Source: Mobula hypostoma
Lineage: Eukaryota
Assembly: GCF_963921235.1 (NCBI RefSeq)
Contig: NC_086108.1
Location: forward strand, 104,844,001-104,908,000
Reading direction: 5' to 3'
Length of the DNA stretch: 64,000 nucleotides
In this document: piece after piece, positions 39,801 through 52,730 of the stretch
Position numbering within the stretch: the first letter of the stretch is position 1
Layout of the letters: each line of letters begins with the position of its first letter
Program-made: the position numbers and the translations under genes
Notes under the pieces: model-generated
Database searches by the model: none
Told to the model about the DNA's origin: nothing
Seen by the model: only the letters and a program-made list of their open reading frames with translations

Positions 39801-42515
39801 TAATTTCAGAAACTCAATTGTGATCTGGGGAGGAAATTTTATTGCTGGTTGGCTGTGTGGTGAACATTGTGCGCTGTGATCTGGAATTTTATCTGCATCA
39901 GCTCATAAATAGTATCGAGGTCTACGTGTTACAGTTTTAGAGAAAATGCAGTGTAGGTAGACAGGTAAAAGGAAAATAACTAGGTACACTGAGAGATCAA
40001 AAGTTCCTTTCAAAAGTCTGGTAACAGACGGATAATAGATGTCCTTGAGCTTGGTGCAACATATTCTCAAGCTTTTGTTTTTCTGCTTGATGGAGAAGAG
40101 AGAATGACTGGGTGAGTGAGGTGCTTGATCGTTGGGTGCTTTCCAGATACAGTGGAATATGTAGGCAGTGTCAATGGAGGGGAGTTTGTTTCTTGTGATG
40201 AACAGGGCTGCATTCACAACTCTGTGAATTCCCTTGTGGTCTCAGCAGACACGTTGTGTGTGCGTCTGGATCAAATGCTTAGGGCAACACACACAAAGTG
40301 CTGGAGGAACTCAGCAGGCCAGGCAGCATCTATGGAGGGGGAATCAATAGTCAATGTTTTGGGATGAAACCTTTCATCAAAGCTCACAGACCAAAAGGTT
40401 TCTGTGATGCATCCCTGTAAATTGGTGGGCATCACTGGATATATACTGAATTTCCTCAGACTTTTGAGAAACCTTAGTGCCACGCAGGATCCTGAGTGCT
40501 CTTGACAAGATGGATGTAGAAAACATGTTTCCTCTTGTACATGAATTTAAAACAAGGATAGAGGTGTATAATATGATGAGGAATTTATAGAGTGGACAGA
40601 CTATGCTTTTTGCCCAAGGGCAGCAATGGTTAATAGTCTCCATTTAAGTTAAGGGGCCTATAACAATACTGGTTAAATTTCAGTCCAGATGGTGCTGAGC
40701 TGTGGTCTCACCAAAGTCATGGCTTAGAATGACTGTAGTTGATTTTTCAGGTTTGTATGGATGTTTTTTAGGGCCAGAGTGGTGAGTTACAGGTTGGGTT
40801 AGAATTTAGGCACAGGGATGTGGGGGATTTAGAGGTCCAGGCCAGAGTCTAGGTTTCTGCTCTGCATTCTGTGTTTGAAGGCCAGAGACTTGGATGTGGG
40901 ATGAAGGACGTCCATGGGCAGATGTCGGGCTAGTGGACCAATGAGGACAAGGAATTGTGGACCTGCAGCTCAATGAGTTGTCAGCAGTTTCCATGATCGG
41001 AAGTCTGTCCTGGCAGAAGACATAAGGACCAGTGATCCCTAGGTATGCGAGTTGACGAGATCAAAGTTTAAAGCGCAGAGTTTGGGGTCTCGGTCTTCGG
41101 CGATCTGGAGTTTGGGGTCTTTATCCATCATCACTGGTGTACCCTGGGGCTGGCAGCGAAGATCAAAGCCCGGAAGTTGAGGCTGATGGCCAAAGCCTTG
41201 GTCTGTGAGGCTACGGGTCCACTAGGGAAGTCAAAGGCCCAATATCTGTGAGTCCACAGGTTTGCTGGCGGCTCAAGGCCCAGAGACAGCCTGTCCTGGG
41301 GTTGGAGGGTTCTGTGTGTGTACAGGTGGGAGGGAGGAATGGGGCTTGTTTTGCTGTCATTCTTTGTTGCTGTTGTTCTGCTTGTGTTGTTCTGTGAACA
41401 CGGTGGACTTGCTACGTTGGTGCCAGAATATGTGTCAACACTTGGGGTGAACAGACAATGCATATTTCCTAGGGCAGCAATGACTAATACTCTCCGTTTA
41501 AAGTAAAGGTCCTGCTCCAGTCAAGATGGCACTGAACTGCGGTCTTGTTGAGGTTGTAGCTCAGATGTAATTGTTGGCTGGGATGTGCCCCAGTAGGTTA
41601 TGTTGGTTATCAATGCAAACGATGCATTTCGCTGTATGTTTCAAGATTCAAGTACATTTATTACCACAGAATGTATAAATTATACATCTTGAGATTTGTT
41701 TGCTTATAGGCAGCCACGAAGCAAAATGTTTGGATGTCCATGTGGTAAATAAATGAATCTGTACCATCTATTCCTCAACCGATGCCAGTGTAAAAATCAA
41801 ATTTATTCTAAATTGAAAAGATTAAAGATTAGCATTATTTGTCCAACGTACATCGAGACATAAAGTGAAATGCATTGTTTTGTGTCCGAGGACTGTGGTC
41901 GTGGCAGCCCAGTGCTTTCAGTGCCAACATAGCATGCTCACAACTCACTAACCCTAACTCGTACGTCTTTAGAATGTGGCAGGAAACCGGAGCACTCAGA
42001 GGAAACTTGCACGGCCTTGGGGAGAACGCACAGACTCCTTACAGGCAGCAGTGTGAATCGCAGCCTGATGTGTGATCATTGGTTCCGTGAAGCGATAGCA
42101 CGAGCTGCTACGCCAATGTGCCACTCCAGGTTATTAGGTCAATACAGCTCATCAACTGGCTGTCACTTCTCTCACGTCCTTCCCCTATAACAGTACCTCA
42201 CTGTCAATAAATGGTTCAGGAACGTCTTAAAATGCTAAAACATGCTGAATAAATGAATTCTTTTCGTGCTTGTTACAAAAAGAAATTGCTGTGTCGGATC
42301 AAAGCCCACCATCGCTTAAAGATGCTGAGTCTGTCAGCATGAAAAATATTGTCCACAAAACAAAGTATTCAGCAGCCAACTTGAAGCATTCTTTGAAGGT
42401 TAACTACTGCAAAGACAGCAGTACGACTGTACTTGAACTTGAACAGAGCTGCAGTGACAGGTTTATAATACAATCTCACAGACTAATCACCAACAGTATG
42501 GGACACATTACTTAC

Positions 42516-42699
42516 TGATCTCACTTTCCTTAAACACCATCTCTGTTGTGCCCCTCAGGTGCTGTGAGACACTGACTGCCGACGTTTCCGTGGTATGCAG
42601 TAACTTGGTGGCACTTCTTCTCCTCTCGTCTTCAAGGATCTTGCTCCACGCCATCATCTCACTTGGTTTCACAAGATTGTTCACTGTTCTCACAATGGC
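42516..42699 (-). CDS. ADGRL4: ADGRL4 exon (184 nt, GAIN)
   Basis: cactctag|GCC ATT GTG...GAG ATC A|gtaagt; AIVRTVNNLVKPSEMMAWSKILEDERRRSATKLLHTTETSAVSVSQHLRGTTEMVFKESEI; overlaps ORF 42508..42693. Confidence 0.93.
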
Positions 42700-43003
42700 C
42701 TAGAGTGCATGTGTGGGCAAAAGTTAGTTAGGATTTTAACATAAGACATCATTTCACTAAATACTTGAGCAAACCTCTACTAATAATCTGTTGAAAGTAT
42801 ACTGACTGTCGGTACTCACGTCCTTCTACAGATGCGCACTGGAGGCACCCTAACATTCCGCATCACTGCAGGGTACGGAAACTGCACTGCTGTGGACAGG
42901 AAGGTTCTATAACAGGTAGCCAAAACTTCCCAAAGCATCACTGGCACCAGCCCACCTGCCATCAAGGACATATATACAGAAAGGACCAGTAACACCATGA
43001 AGG

Positions 43004-43600
43004 TTATGGAGAAGAGGAGTTCGGTGGGTAATAAAATGGACGAGTTCACGGCACTAGCCAGATGTCAGAGAACATTTCGGGGGTGCAATGTTATGTTTTT
43101 CACTGGAACGGGGCTGCACGAGGACATACCTGATCAAAACTTTTCCATGGACGGCTTCCAGACCGTTCGGGCTGACCAGAAGTGCACTGAGAGCGGTAAG
43201 CATAAAGGAATTGAGTGCTTACTGATCTGGTTAACAACAGATGGTGCAATCCTGGTCCTATTACAATTGAGGAATGTGTTTGTAGACCGGATATTGAACT
43301 TTTTGCTGTTGGACTCCGGAAATATTCCACTGAGATACAACACTGGGCGGCACGGGAGGTTGTTCCTGCCTGTGGCCATCGAACTCGCAGCTCCTCCCAT
43401 GGAGGGTCAGACACCCTGAGCCAATAGACTGGTCCTGGACTTATTTTCCATCTGGCATAGTTTGCATTTTGTTGTTTGATTGTTTGTGGTTTTTGTATTG
43501 CTATATTTATGCTCTATTCTTGGTTGATGCGGCTATAACGAAACCCAGTTTCCCTCGGGATCAATGAAATATATCTATCTGTCTATCTATCTATCTATCT
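43004..43600 (+). mobile_element. Internally deleted Rex1 derivative, copy B
   Basis: Same endonuclease-to-3'-end junction (about 43325) as copy A; aagg on both flanks; (tcta)n tail. Confidence 0.85.
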
Positions 43601-46600
43601 AAGGATCCCACCCACCCTGCAGTCTGTCTCACTCCCTTCAAGGATGAGGCTACGTAGCATCCACAACAGGTCCACCAGACTCAGAAACAGTTACTTTCTC
43701 GACTTTCTGGACTGAGCATCAGCACTGGTCAGGAGGGGGAAGGAATCCAGAATAAGGAGGTGGGGGAGGCGTATAAACTGACATGTGACAGGTGAAGTCG
43801 GGTGAGGGGGAAAGTGTGTAGGTGAAGGAGGGTGGATGAAGTGAGAAGGGCTCGATAAAGGCCTCAGCCTAAAATGTCAACTGTTTATTCCTCCCCTTAG
43901 CTGCTGCCTGACCTGCTGAGTTCCTCCAGCATTTTGTGCCTGTTCTTTCTTTTCTGATTTTTTCCCCTGAGTGTATTGTGCATCTGTACTGCGGAGAGCA
44001 TTCTAACTGGCTGCATCACTGTCTGGTATGGGGGGCTGGGGGTTGCCGGGGGCTACTGCACAGGATCGAAGTAGGCTGCAGAGAGTTGTAAAATTAGATC
44101 GCTCCATCATGGTCCTAGCCTCAGTAGTATCCAAGATATCTTTAAGGAGGATGCCTCAAAAAAAGCAGTTCCCATCATTAAGGACCCCCATCACCCAGGA
44201 AATGCTTCTTGTTGTTACCATCAGGAAGGAGGTACAGAAGTCTGAAGACGCACACTCAGTGATTCAGGGAAAACTTCTTTCCCTTTGCAATCTGATTTCA
44301 GAAAGGACAATGAACCCATGGGCACTAGCTGACTACATTTTTGCTTCTGTTTTGTGCACCACTTATTTACGTATTTAAATTACTTACTGTATTACTTACT
44401 GTAATTTGAAATTTTTTCTCTCTTTTACTATGTATTGCCTTGACCTGCTGTTGCAAAGTTAACAATTTCATGACATGTGCCAATGATATTAAACCTGATT
44501 CTGATTCTGTGCCTGTGATACTTTGGCAAGTAAGTTTCTCATTGCGCCTGTGCATGTATGTACTTGACTTTGATTAAAAGCTCTGTAGTAACAACAATGG
44601 GGCAACATATGGACAATGAAACACTTGTTAGGTCCGGTGTCAATCTGCATTGAAATTCAAGCCCTTCAGTGTGGTAGGGCACTGGAGTTTGGGAGTTAGA
44701 TCTTTGGAGACTGTGGTCACAGGGTGGAAGGAGATCAATCTGGCAGTTTGTAGATATTTTTCAGAGACATTTTGGAGACGTGAGGTGGCAGATGCTGGAA
44801 TTTAGAAGTGGGGTCTCAAACTGAAGCATTAACTGTCTACTTTCCTCCACAGATGCTGTCTGACCTGCTGAGTTCCTCCTGCATCTTGACTGTTACACTG
44901 CTTTCTTCAGGCTGTGGGTGATGGAGGAGGGGATGGGTTGGGATGAGTGGGCTGGAGGCTCTGGAGGAGAAGATTATGAGGTCAAAAGGAGAGCAGATCA
45001 AGGAGCTAGAAGACCTACTGGAAATTGGTGGGGGTATTAATTTAATGTTTGGGAGGTGCAGGATGAGGATTTAGGTTACTTTACATCCCTTATGGAACTC
45101 TATGTCTTATGTCCACATTGTCCCTCTAGTTCCATAAGACCATAAGCCATCGGAGTGGAAGTAGACCATTTGGCCCATCAAGTCTACTGCATCATTCCAT
45201 CATGGTTGATTTATTATCCTTCTTGAGCCATTCTCTTGTCTTCTCCTCATAACTTTACTAATCAAGATCCTATCAACCTCTGCTTTAAATATTCCCAATG
45301 ACTTAGCCTCCATAGACATCCATGGCAATGAATTCCACAGATTCACCACCCCCTAGCTAAAGAAATCCCTCCTCACCTCTGTTCTAAAGGGATGTCCTTC
45401 TATTCTAACATGGTGCCCTCTGGTCCTAGACTCCCCCACTATAAGAAATATCCTCTCCATGTCAGTGTACTCCCTGTAATGTACTAGTAGGAGATTGACA
45501 GAGAGAAAGTAACACCATTTCAGATGTCCCAGATGTGGAACACACCTGTTTGAATTTTCTCATTGGCATGGTTGTAATTTAACTTCAGACATGGAAAAAA
45601 TTGATTATCGTCAGCATAATGATAAATTTAATTGCATTTGAATCCAAATATTAGAAATTCATGCTAGGTCACTTGTACCACAGAGGAGAAATGGATCAGG
45701 TGTGCTCTCTATAAATACTCAGTTAAGCACAAGCTTGGTTTGTGCTTTGGTTAGGGACTACCTGGGGATATCTTGTGCAGTAGGCTTATTTCTGGGGAAG
45801 GACATGAGACAGCTAACAGTATGAATTCAAGTCCCTGTAAGCATCTAAGACACATTACATAGTACATAGAACAGTACAGCACTGTACAGGGCCACGAAGT
45901 TGTGCCAACCTTTTAATCTATTCCAAGATCAATCTAAACCTTCTCTCCTACCATTCATTTCTCTTTCATCCATGTGCCTATCTAAGAGATTTTTAAACGT
46001 CCCTGAGGAATTTGCCTTTACCACCACCCCTAACTGTGTGTACTACACACGCACCACTCTCTGTGTGTGAAAAAAACCTCTCCATTCTCTGTTCTCCATT
46101 CGTCTTAAAATTATGCCCTCTCCTTTTAGTCATTTCCACCCTGAGAAAAAGACGCTGGCTATCCAGTCTATCTGTGCCTCATTATTTTGTACAGTACACC
46201 TCTATCAAGTCACTTCTCATCCTCCTTCACTCCAACGCATCTGCGGTTGTGAACTTTCCTCTATTCAGGACATTTACAGCAGCAGGTGTGTAAAAAAGAA
46301 CCCGGCAGATCACCAGGGTCTCCAGCCACTCCTATCACAAACTATCAGTCCCTATCGGCTGCTACCCGCTGGCAAACAGTACTGGAGCGTTAAGGCAGCA
46401 CCAGCAGGTTCTAGGGCAGCTTCTTTCACCAGGACATCAGATTTATCAATACACATTGATCCGATTGCATACCCGACTGTACATTGATCTGATCGCGTAT
46501 CTGACTGTACATTGTATCTGATGTACATAGATGTATACAAAACAATTATGTATACAGTACATTCTTAGTGTTTGGACAATATCCTCCCACATTTCCCCTC

Positions 46601-47027
46601 TTTATTGCTTGTACATTGTGATGGAGACACAACGTAAAGATGTTTACTCCCTTGGATGTAAGAAATAAAATAAATTCAAATGCAAGAGCAAAGCCCTAGC
46701 TCACTCAACCATTCCTCATAAGAAATGCTCTCAGATCCAGGCAGCATCCTGGTAAATCTCCTCAGCATCCCCTCTAAAGCTTTCACATCCTTTCTATAAT
46801 GAGATGACCAGAACTGAACACAATACTCTAGGTGTGGTCTAACCTGGGTTTTATAGAGTTGCAACATGACATGCAGTTAAAAAAGAGACTTGCATGAACA
46901 ATATCTGTATAATGCTTCTCTCTTATTTTTGATTTCGTTGTATGAAAAATAACTGCTTCTACAGCACCAGTGCTCAAATAGGAATTTCTACCCCACCCAC
47001 AGGTGTTTGTCCATTGGAATAACCTAC

Positions 47028-47207
47028 GTTAATGGTTATGTTGGCAATGGCTGCTGTATTGGGTAGAGTCTCGTTGATCACACTCAGTGATGGCGTTGAT
47101 CGTAAGAGGACTTCCGTGTATAAAAGAACGTCCGTCGCGGTCAGGCCTCCCGTGGTGTTCTTGGCTATTTCTTCCAGCGCGGTCTGTGATTCTCTGAATC
47201 TGCTCAG
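47028..47207 (-). CDS. ADGRL4: ADGRL4 exon (180 nt, GAIN subdomain A)
   Basis: ttttaacag|CTG AGC...ATT AAC|gtaggt; LSRFRESQTALEEIAKNTTGGLTATDVLLYTEVLLRSTPSLSVINETLPNTAAIANITIN; phase 0 to 0. Confidence 0.9.
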
Positions 47208-47385
47208 CTGTTAAAACACATCAAAGCTGGCAGATTACAAAATAACATAAAATGAAACAGAACTGAGATAGAGATCCCCTGGTCCTCACCTTCCATCCAC
47301 TAGCCTCTGCATCCATCATATTATCTTTCATCATTCCATCAGATGCAATGGGATCTCACCAGTGTTCATATCTCCCCCCCCCCAC

Positions 47386-47710
47386 CCCTTTCCACCTTCT
47401 ACAGGGGTCCCACTCTCCATCAATTTATGGTCTGCTTGTCCTTCCCCACCCCTTTCAATCTTCTTCAGGGACCACTCCCTCTATGAGTCCCTGGTCCAAG
47501 TTGTCCTTCCTCATCCCTTTCCACCTTCTGCAGGGACCACTTTCTCCATGACTCCCTGGTCCAGCTTGTCCTTCCTCACCCTTTTTACACCTTCTACAGG
47601 GATCACCTCCTCCATCACTCCCTGGTCTACTTGTCCTTCCTCACCGCTTTCCACCTTCTACGGGGACCACTCCCTCCATGAGTCCCTGGTCCAACTTTTC
47701 CTTCCTCACC
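47386..47710. repeat. 65-bp minisatellite, 5 copies, derived from Penelope sequence
   Basis: ccctttccaccttctacagggaccactccctccatgactccctggtcca.cttgtccttcctcac-like units near 47386, 47450, 47515, 47580 and 47645. Confidence 0.88.
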
Positions 47711-48906
47711 CCACATTTTCCTTTCTTTTCCTCACCTGCCTTCACCTCTCTCTGTTGCAACATACACAAAATGCTGGAGAAACTCAGCAGGCCGGGTGGC
47801 ATCTATGGAAGTGAATAAACGTCGACGCTTTGGACTGAGACCCTTCATTAAGACTGGGAAGGAAGTGGGGAGGTGCCAGAATATAAAGGTGGGGGAGGGG
47901 CAGGAGAACAAGCTAGAAGGTGGTAGGAGGTAATGTAAAGGGCTGAAGAAGAAATCTGAGAGAAGAGGACAGTGGATCATGGAGAAAGGGAAGAATGAGT
48001 GGCACCATAGGGAGGTGATAGTCAGGTGAGAAGAAGAGATAAGAGGCCAGAGTGGGAAATAGAAGAAAAAGGAAGGGAGGGGGGAGAAAAGGAAAAAAAT
48101 ACTGGAAGGGGAAATAGATGCTCCCTTTAGTGTCTCTCCTCCTTCCCTCTATCCCGTGGTTAACTCTCTTCTCAGTCCTATACCTTTTCCTCCTATCATC
48201 TCCCAGCTTCTCACTGTTCTCTTTCCCACCTCACACACTTTTCCCCTCGTCTGGCTTCACCTATCACCTGCCAGCATATACTCCTTCTCTTCCTTCGACC
48301 TCCTATTCTGTCTTCTTCCTCCTTCCTTTCCAGTCCTGATGAAGGGTCTGAGCCTGAAACACTCTCTGTAGATGCTGCCTGACCTATTGAGTCCCTCCAG
48401 CATTTTGTGTGTATTGCTCTGGATTTCCAGCATCTGCGGACTTTAGGAGTTTATATTCTGTTATTATATCTTCAGCGTTTCCTCCAGCATTTTGTGTGTG
48501 TTACACATCCCTCACTAAACTGTCATCCTTGGACTTGTCCACTGTCAGGGTACTAAAAGAACAATATCTCATATTCTCCCTGGGTCATCTGCATCCAGTG
48601 GTATAACATAGAAATTTGCAATTTCAAGTAACCTTTATCTCCTATGTTCCCCTCTCGCTTGAGCTGACCTGCCTTCCTTCCGCCCATCACCTATCTTCCG
48701 CCTCTTCTCTCTCCACATCCACTCTATCTAGGCTTTTCATAGTTTTCAATGAGATGCCCACTCTTCCTTCTAAACTCCGGTGAGTACAGGCCCAGAGGCA
48801 TCAAATGCTCCTCCAAAGTTAATCCTTTCACTCCTGGGATCATTCTCATGAACCTCCTCTAGACTCTCTCCAGTGCCAGCACATCCTTTCATAGATAGGA
48901 TGCCCA

Positions 48907-49419
48907 CAAGGGAGGAGGGGATTTCATTCAGGTCCACAGCCCGAGTAGAAAAGGCAGCAGCGGGTCGCTACAGCGAAAAAGAGCTTTGACCTGAGACCAA
49001 ACAGCTTTTGGGATTGACTAGCAAGAGCAGAATAAAGGAAGGCAGGGGCAAGAGCAGTGGCCGTCGTCTGAGTGGACAGAGCTAGAGTGGTGATCTTGAG
49101 GCTTTAGCTCTTTGAGGCTTCAGTCAGAGAAAGCAAAAGAAAGAAAAGCTCAAGGTTAAGTTTTTTTCTTCATCCCTTCTTTATATCTGCTCAGTTAGGA
49201 TACTATAGATGCCAGGCAGAATAGTTGAATGCTCCTTGTGTGGGATGTGGGTAGAACCTGATGACTACAACTGCAAGAAGTGCATCCAGCTGCAGCTTCT
49301 AGCAATCTGTGCTAAGGAGTTAGAGCTGGAACTGGATGAACTCCGGATCATCCAGGAGGCCTCCATATGGAGAGATGGTTGTACCCAAAGATAGAACATC
49401 ATTCTTAAGATAGACAGAA
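48907..49419 (+). mobile_element. CR1 5' UTR and ORF1 N-terminus (zinc finger plus leucine zipper)
   Basis: ORF 49209..49394 VECSLCGMW...CKKCIQLQLL...ELELELDELRII. Confidence 0.7.
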
Positions 49420-50484
49420 CAGAGGTCCCCAACCTTTTTTGCACCGCGGACCGGTTTAATATTCTTGAGGACCGGCCGACCGGAGGGTGGGGAGGGTGTT
49501 AATCACGACCGGAATATAGGTGATAAGTCAACTGTAAGTCACTTATCATTGGCTAATACACTCAATTTTGTTTCTAAAAGGGTTTATCTAACAAATTTAA
49601 TATTAAACACACCGCATATTTTCCTCGCATGAATATAGTGATAAGTCAATTATAAGTCATAAGGGAGTTCCTTATGTCCAGTCTATTCCACAATTTAGTT
49701 TTCATTGCATTCATTGCAGAAAACCCCGCTTCGCAGAGATATGATGTTGGAAATGGAAGGAACATTTTCAGAGCTTTCATGGCTATCTCAGGATATTCAG
49801 CCTTGACTTTGATCCAGAATGCCAGCAGAGATGTTATGTCAAACATATTTTTCAACCCACCATCATTTGCAAGGTTGAGGAGTTGATCTTCTTCCCGCGC
49901 TGACATGGATGATTCACCGGGGACAGTCACAAATGGGTCACAGACCCATTCCTTTGCACGTCTTGGGTTGCTTGTGGCTGGGAAGTAATGCTCGAATTCT
50001 GTTGACAGCGAAAATAGGTGTTCGCAGACCAGCTGTTAGCCTCAGTCTCTCCCAAATTCCAAGCTAATGTTGGGAACATGTCAAATATGCCCCTGTCCAA
50101 TTGCTGTCCCCACAGTTCCAGTTTGGCTGTGAAAGCAGACACTTTATCTGCCAACTTGAAGACAGTTGTCATTCTCCCCTGGAGTGACAAATTGAGTTCA
50201 TTGAGCAGGTTGAAGATGTCACACAGATAAGTGAGTTTTGCTATCCACTCCTCATCACTGAAGTGTGCTGCCAGTGGTGACTTTTTTCCTGAAAGAAATC
50301 TCTGTAGCTGCTCTCTTAACTCAAAAACCCTGGCCAGGGCTCTCCCCCTTGATAGCCACCTGACTTCAGTGTGTAAGAGAAGGCATTTGTGCTCTGCATC
50401 CATTTCCTCGCAAAGGTGCTCAAACAGACGTGAGCTCAGGGCTTTTGCTTTGATGTGATTGATAACTTCAACAACGTCACTCAA

Positions 50485-51993
50485 GTCAAGTCAAGTCAAA
50501 CCACTTTTTATTGTCATTTCAACCATAACTGCTGGTACAGAACATAGTAAAAATGAGACAACGTTTTCCAGGACCATAGTGCTACATAAAACAATACAAA
50601 AACTACACTGAGCTACATAAGAGAAAACACAAAAATTGCACTAGACTACAGACCTATCCAGGACTGCATAAAGTGCACAAAACAGTGCAGGCATTACAAT
50701 AAATAATAAACAAGACAGTAGGCACAGTAGAGGGCAGTAGGTTGGTGTCAGTCCAGGCTCTGGGTATTGAGGAGTCTGATGGCTTGGGGGAAGAAACTGT
50801 TACATAGTCTGGTCGTGAGAGCCCAAATGCTTCGGTGTCTTTTTCCAGATGGCAGGAGGGAGAAGAGTTTATATGAGGGGTGCGTGGGATCCTTCATAAT
50901 GCTGTTTGCTTTGCTGATGCAGCGTGTGCTGTAAATGTCTGTAATGGTGGAAAGAGAGACCCCGATGATCTTCTCAGCTGACCTCACTATCTGCCGCAGG
51001 ATCTTGCGATCCGAGATGGTGCAATTTCCAAACCAGGCCGTGATGCAGCTGCTTTGGATGCTCTCAATACAACCCCTGTAGAACATGGTGAGGATGGGCG
51101 GGGGTGGGAGATGGACTTTTCTCAGCCTTCGCAGAAAGTAGAGATGCTGCTGGGCTTTCTTTGCTATGGAGCTGGTGTTGAGGGACCAGGTGAAATTCTC
51201 CGCCAGGTGAACACCAAGAAATCTGGTGCTCTTATCGATCTCTACGGAGGAGCCATCAATGTTCAGTGGAGAGTGGTCGCTCCGTGCTCTCCTGAAGTCA
51301 ACAACCATCTCTTTTGTTTTGTTCACATTCAGAGACAGGTTGTTGGCTCTGCACCAGTCCATTAGCCGTTGCACCTCCTCTCTGTATGTTGACTCGTCAT
51401 TTTTGCTAATGAGACCCACCATGTTCGTGTCATCGGTGAACTTGATGATGTGTTTCGAGCTGTGTGTTGCAGCACAGTCGTGGGTCAGCAGAGTGAACAG
51501 CAGTGGACTGAGCACACAGCCCTGGGGGGCCCCCATGCTCAGTGTGATGGTGTTGGAGATGCTGCTACCAATTCGGACTGACTGAGGTCTCCCAGTCAGG
51601 AAGTCTAGGATCCAGTTGCAGTGGGAGGAGTTCAGGCCCAGCAGTTTCAGCTTTCCAATCAGTTTCTGAGGAATGATTGTGTTGAATGCTGAACTGAATT
51701 TGATGAACAGCATTCGAATGTACGTGTCTTTTTTGTCCAGGTGGGTTAGGGCCAGGTGGAAGGTGATGGCAATGGCATCATCTGTTGAACGGTTGGGACG
51801 GTACGCGAACTGCAGGGGGTCCAGTGAGGGGGGCAGCAGGGTCTTGATCTGCCTCATGACAAGCCTCTCGAAACACTTCACGATGATGGATGTGAGTGCG
51901 ACGGGACGGTAATCATTGAGGCAAGACACTGAAGACTTCTTTGGCACGGGGACGATGGTGGCAGCCTTGAAGCACGTAGGAACGGCGGCGCTG
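50485..51993 (-). mobile_element. 5'-truncated Rex1/Babar LINE inserted in the hAT transposase gene
   Basis: 5-bp TSD ctcaa (50480-50484, 51994-51998); (ttgac)n tail; RT motifs [33 protein letters not shown]. Confidence 0.95.
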
Positions 51994-52730
51994 CTCAATA
52001 CGCTGTTAAGATCATGTGACGTTTTTCGGCTAGCCAGCATTTCCCTGTGTGTGACACGCTGTGTAGATCGGCATTCAGGAGCAACCCCTTTGACTCGGGT
52101 AGTGAAACCAGGCTCGTTAAGCTGTTCCAACAGCTGTGCTTCGATGTCCTCCGCTACGTCATCGATTCTCCTTGAAACTGTGGCAGCTGAAAGAGAAACC
52201 TGTGTCATCTTGTTAGCTGCAGCTTCTCCCAACAGTTCACAGCACACGTCCTTGGCAGCAGGCAGAATCAATTCTTCACCAACAGTGAAAGGCTTCTTAG
52301 CCTTAGCAATACAGCTAGCCACTAAGTACAACGCTCCCAGAGCAGCAGCATTTGTGAAGGTGGTGGCTCTCCGCACTTGCTTCTGTCCCGCCTGCTCACG
52401 TTTTTTCCGCTCAAAAAACTCAATGGGTTTGTCTTTAAGTGCAGGGTGCTTGGATTCAAGGTGCCGAAGCAGTTTTGAGGGCTTCATTGCCTCATTAGAC
52501 AGCTTGTCTCCACATATCACACACAGGGGGCTTGGAGCGTGCGAGTCACAGGGCGCAATAAAGCCATATTTTATGTACCACTCATTGTATTTTCTGTTGA
52601 AAGAAGCTTTCTTTTTTTTTGCAGTCACGGCCTCAACTGTCTCTGCGTTTTCGTCATCATCATTCAGCCTTTTATGTCCCCTACCATCTCTTCCAAAGAA
52701 ACTCTCAAGCGATGTTTGTTTTTTACTCAT
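50748..52730 (-). pseudogene. Chimeric open frame: hAT BED-finger N-terminal half plus Rex1 RT (660 aa from the transposase Met, 679 aa from ATG 52787)
   Basis: Uninterrupted ORF in the track; junction [17 protein letters not shown]; no evidence of expression. Confidence 0.55.

Noticed and set aside
40665..41580. Weak direct repeat (40686-40730 versus 41520-41570) as an LTR pair
   Set aside because: Low similarity, no TG/CA ends, no TSD and no internal coding sequence
47386..47710. CRISPR-like periodicity (also 22087-22192)
   Set aside because: Head-to-tail diverged units without unique spacers, no cas genes, eukaryotic context
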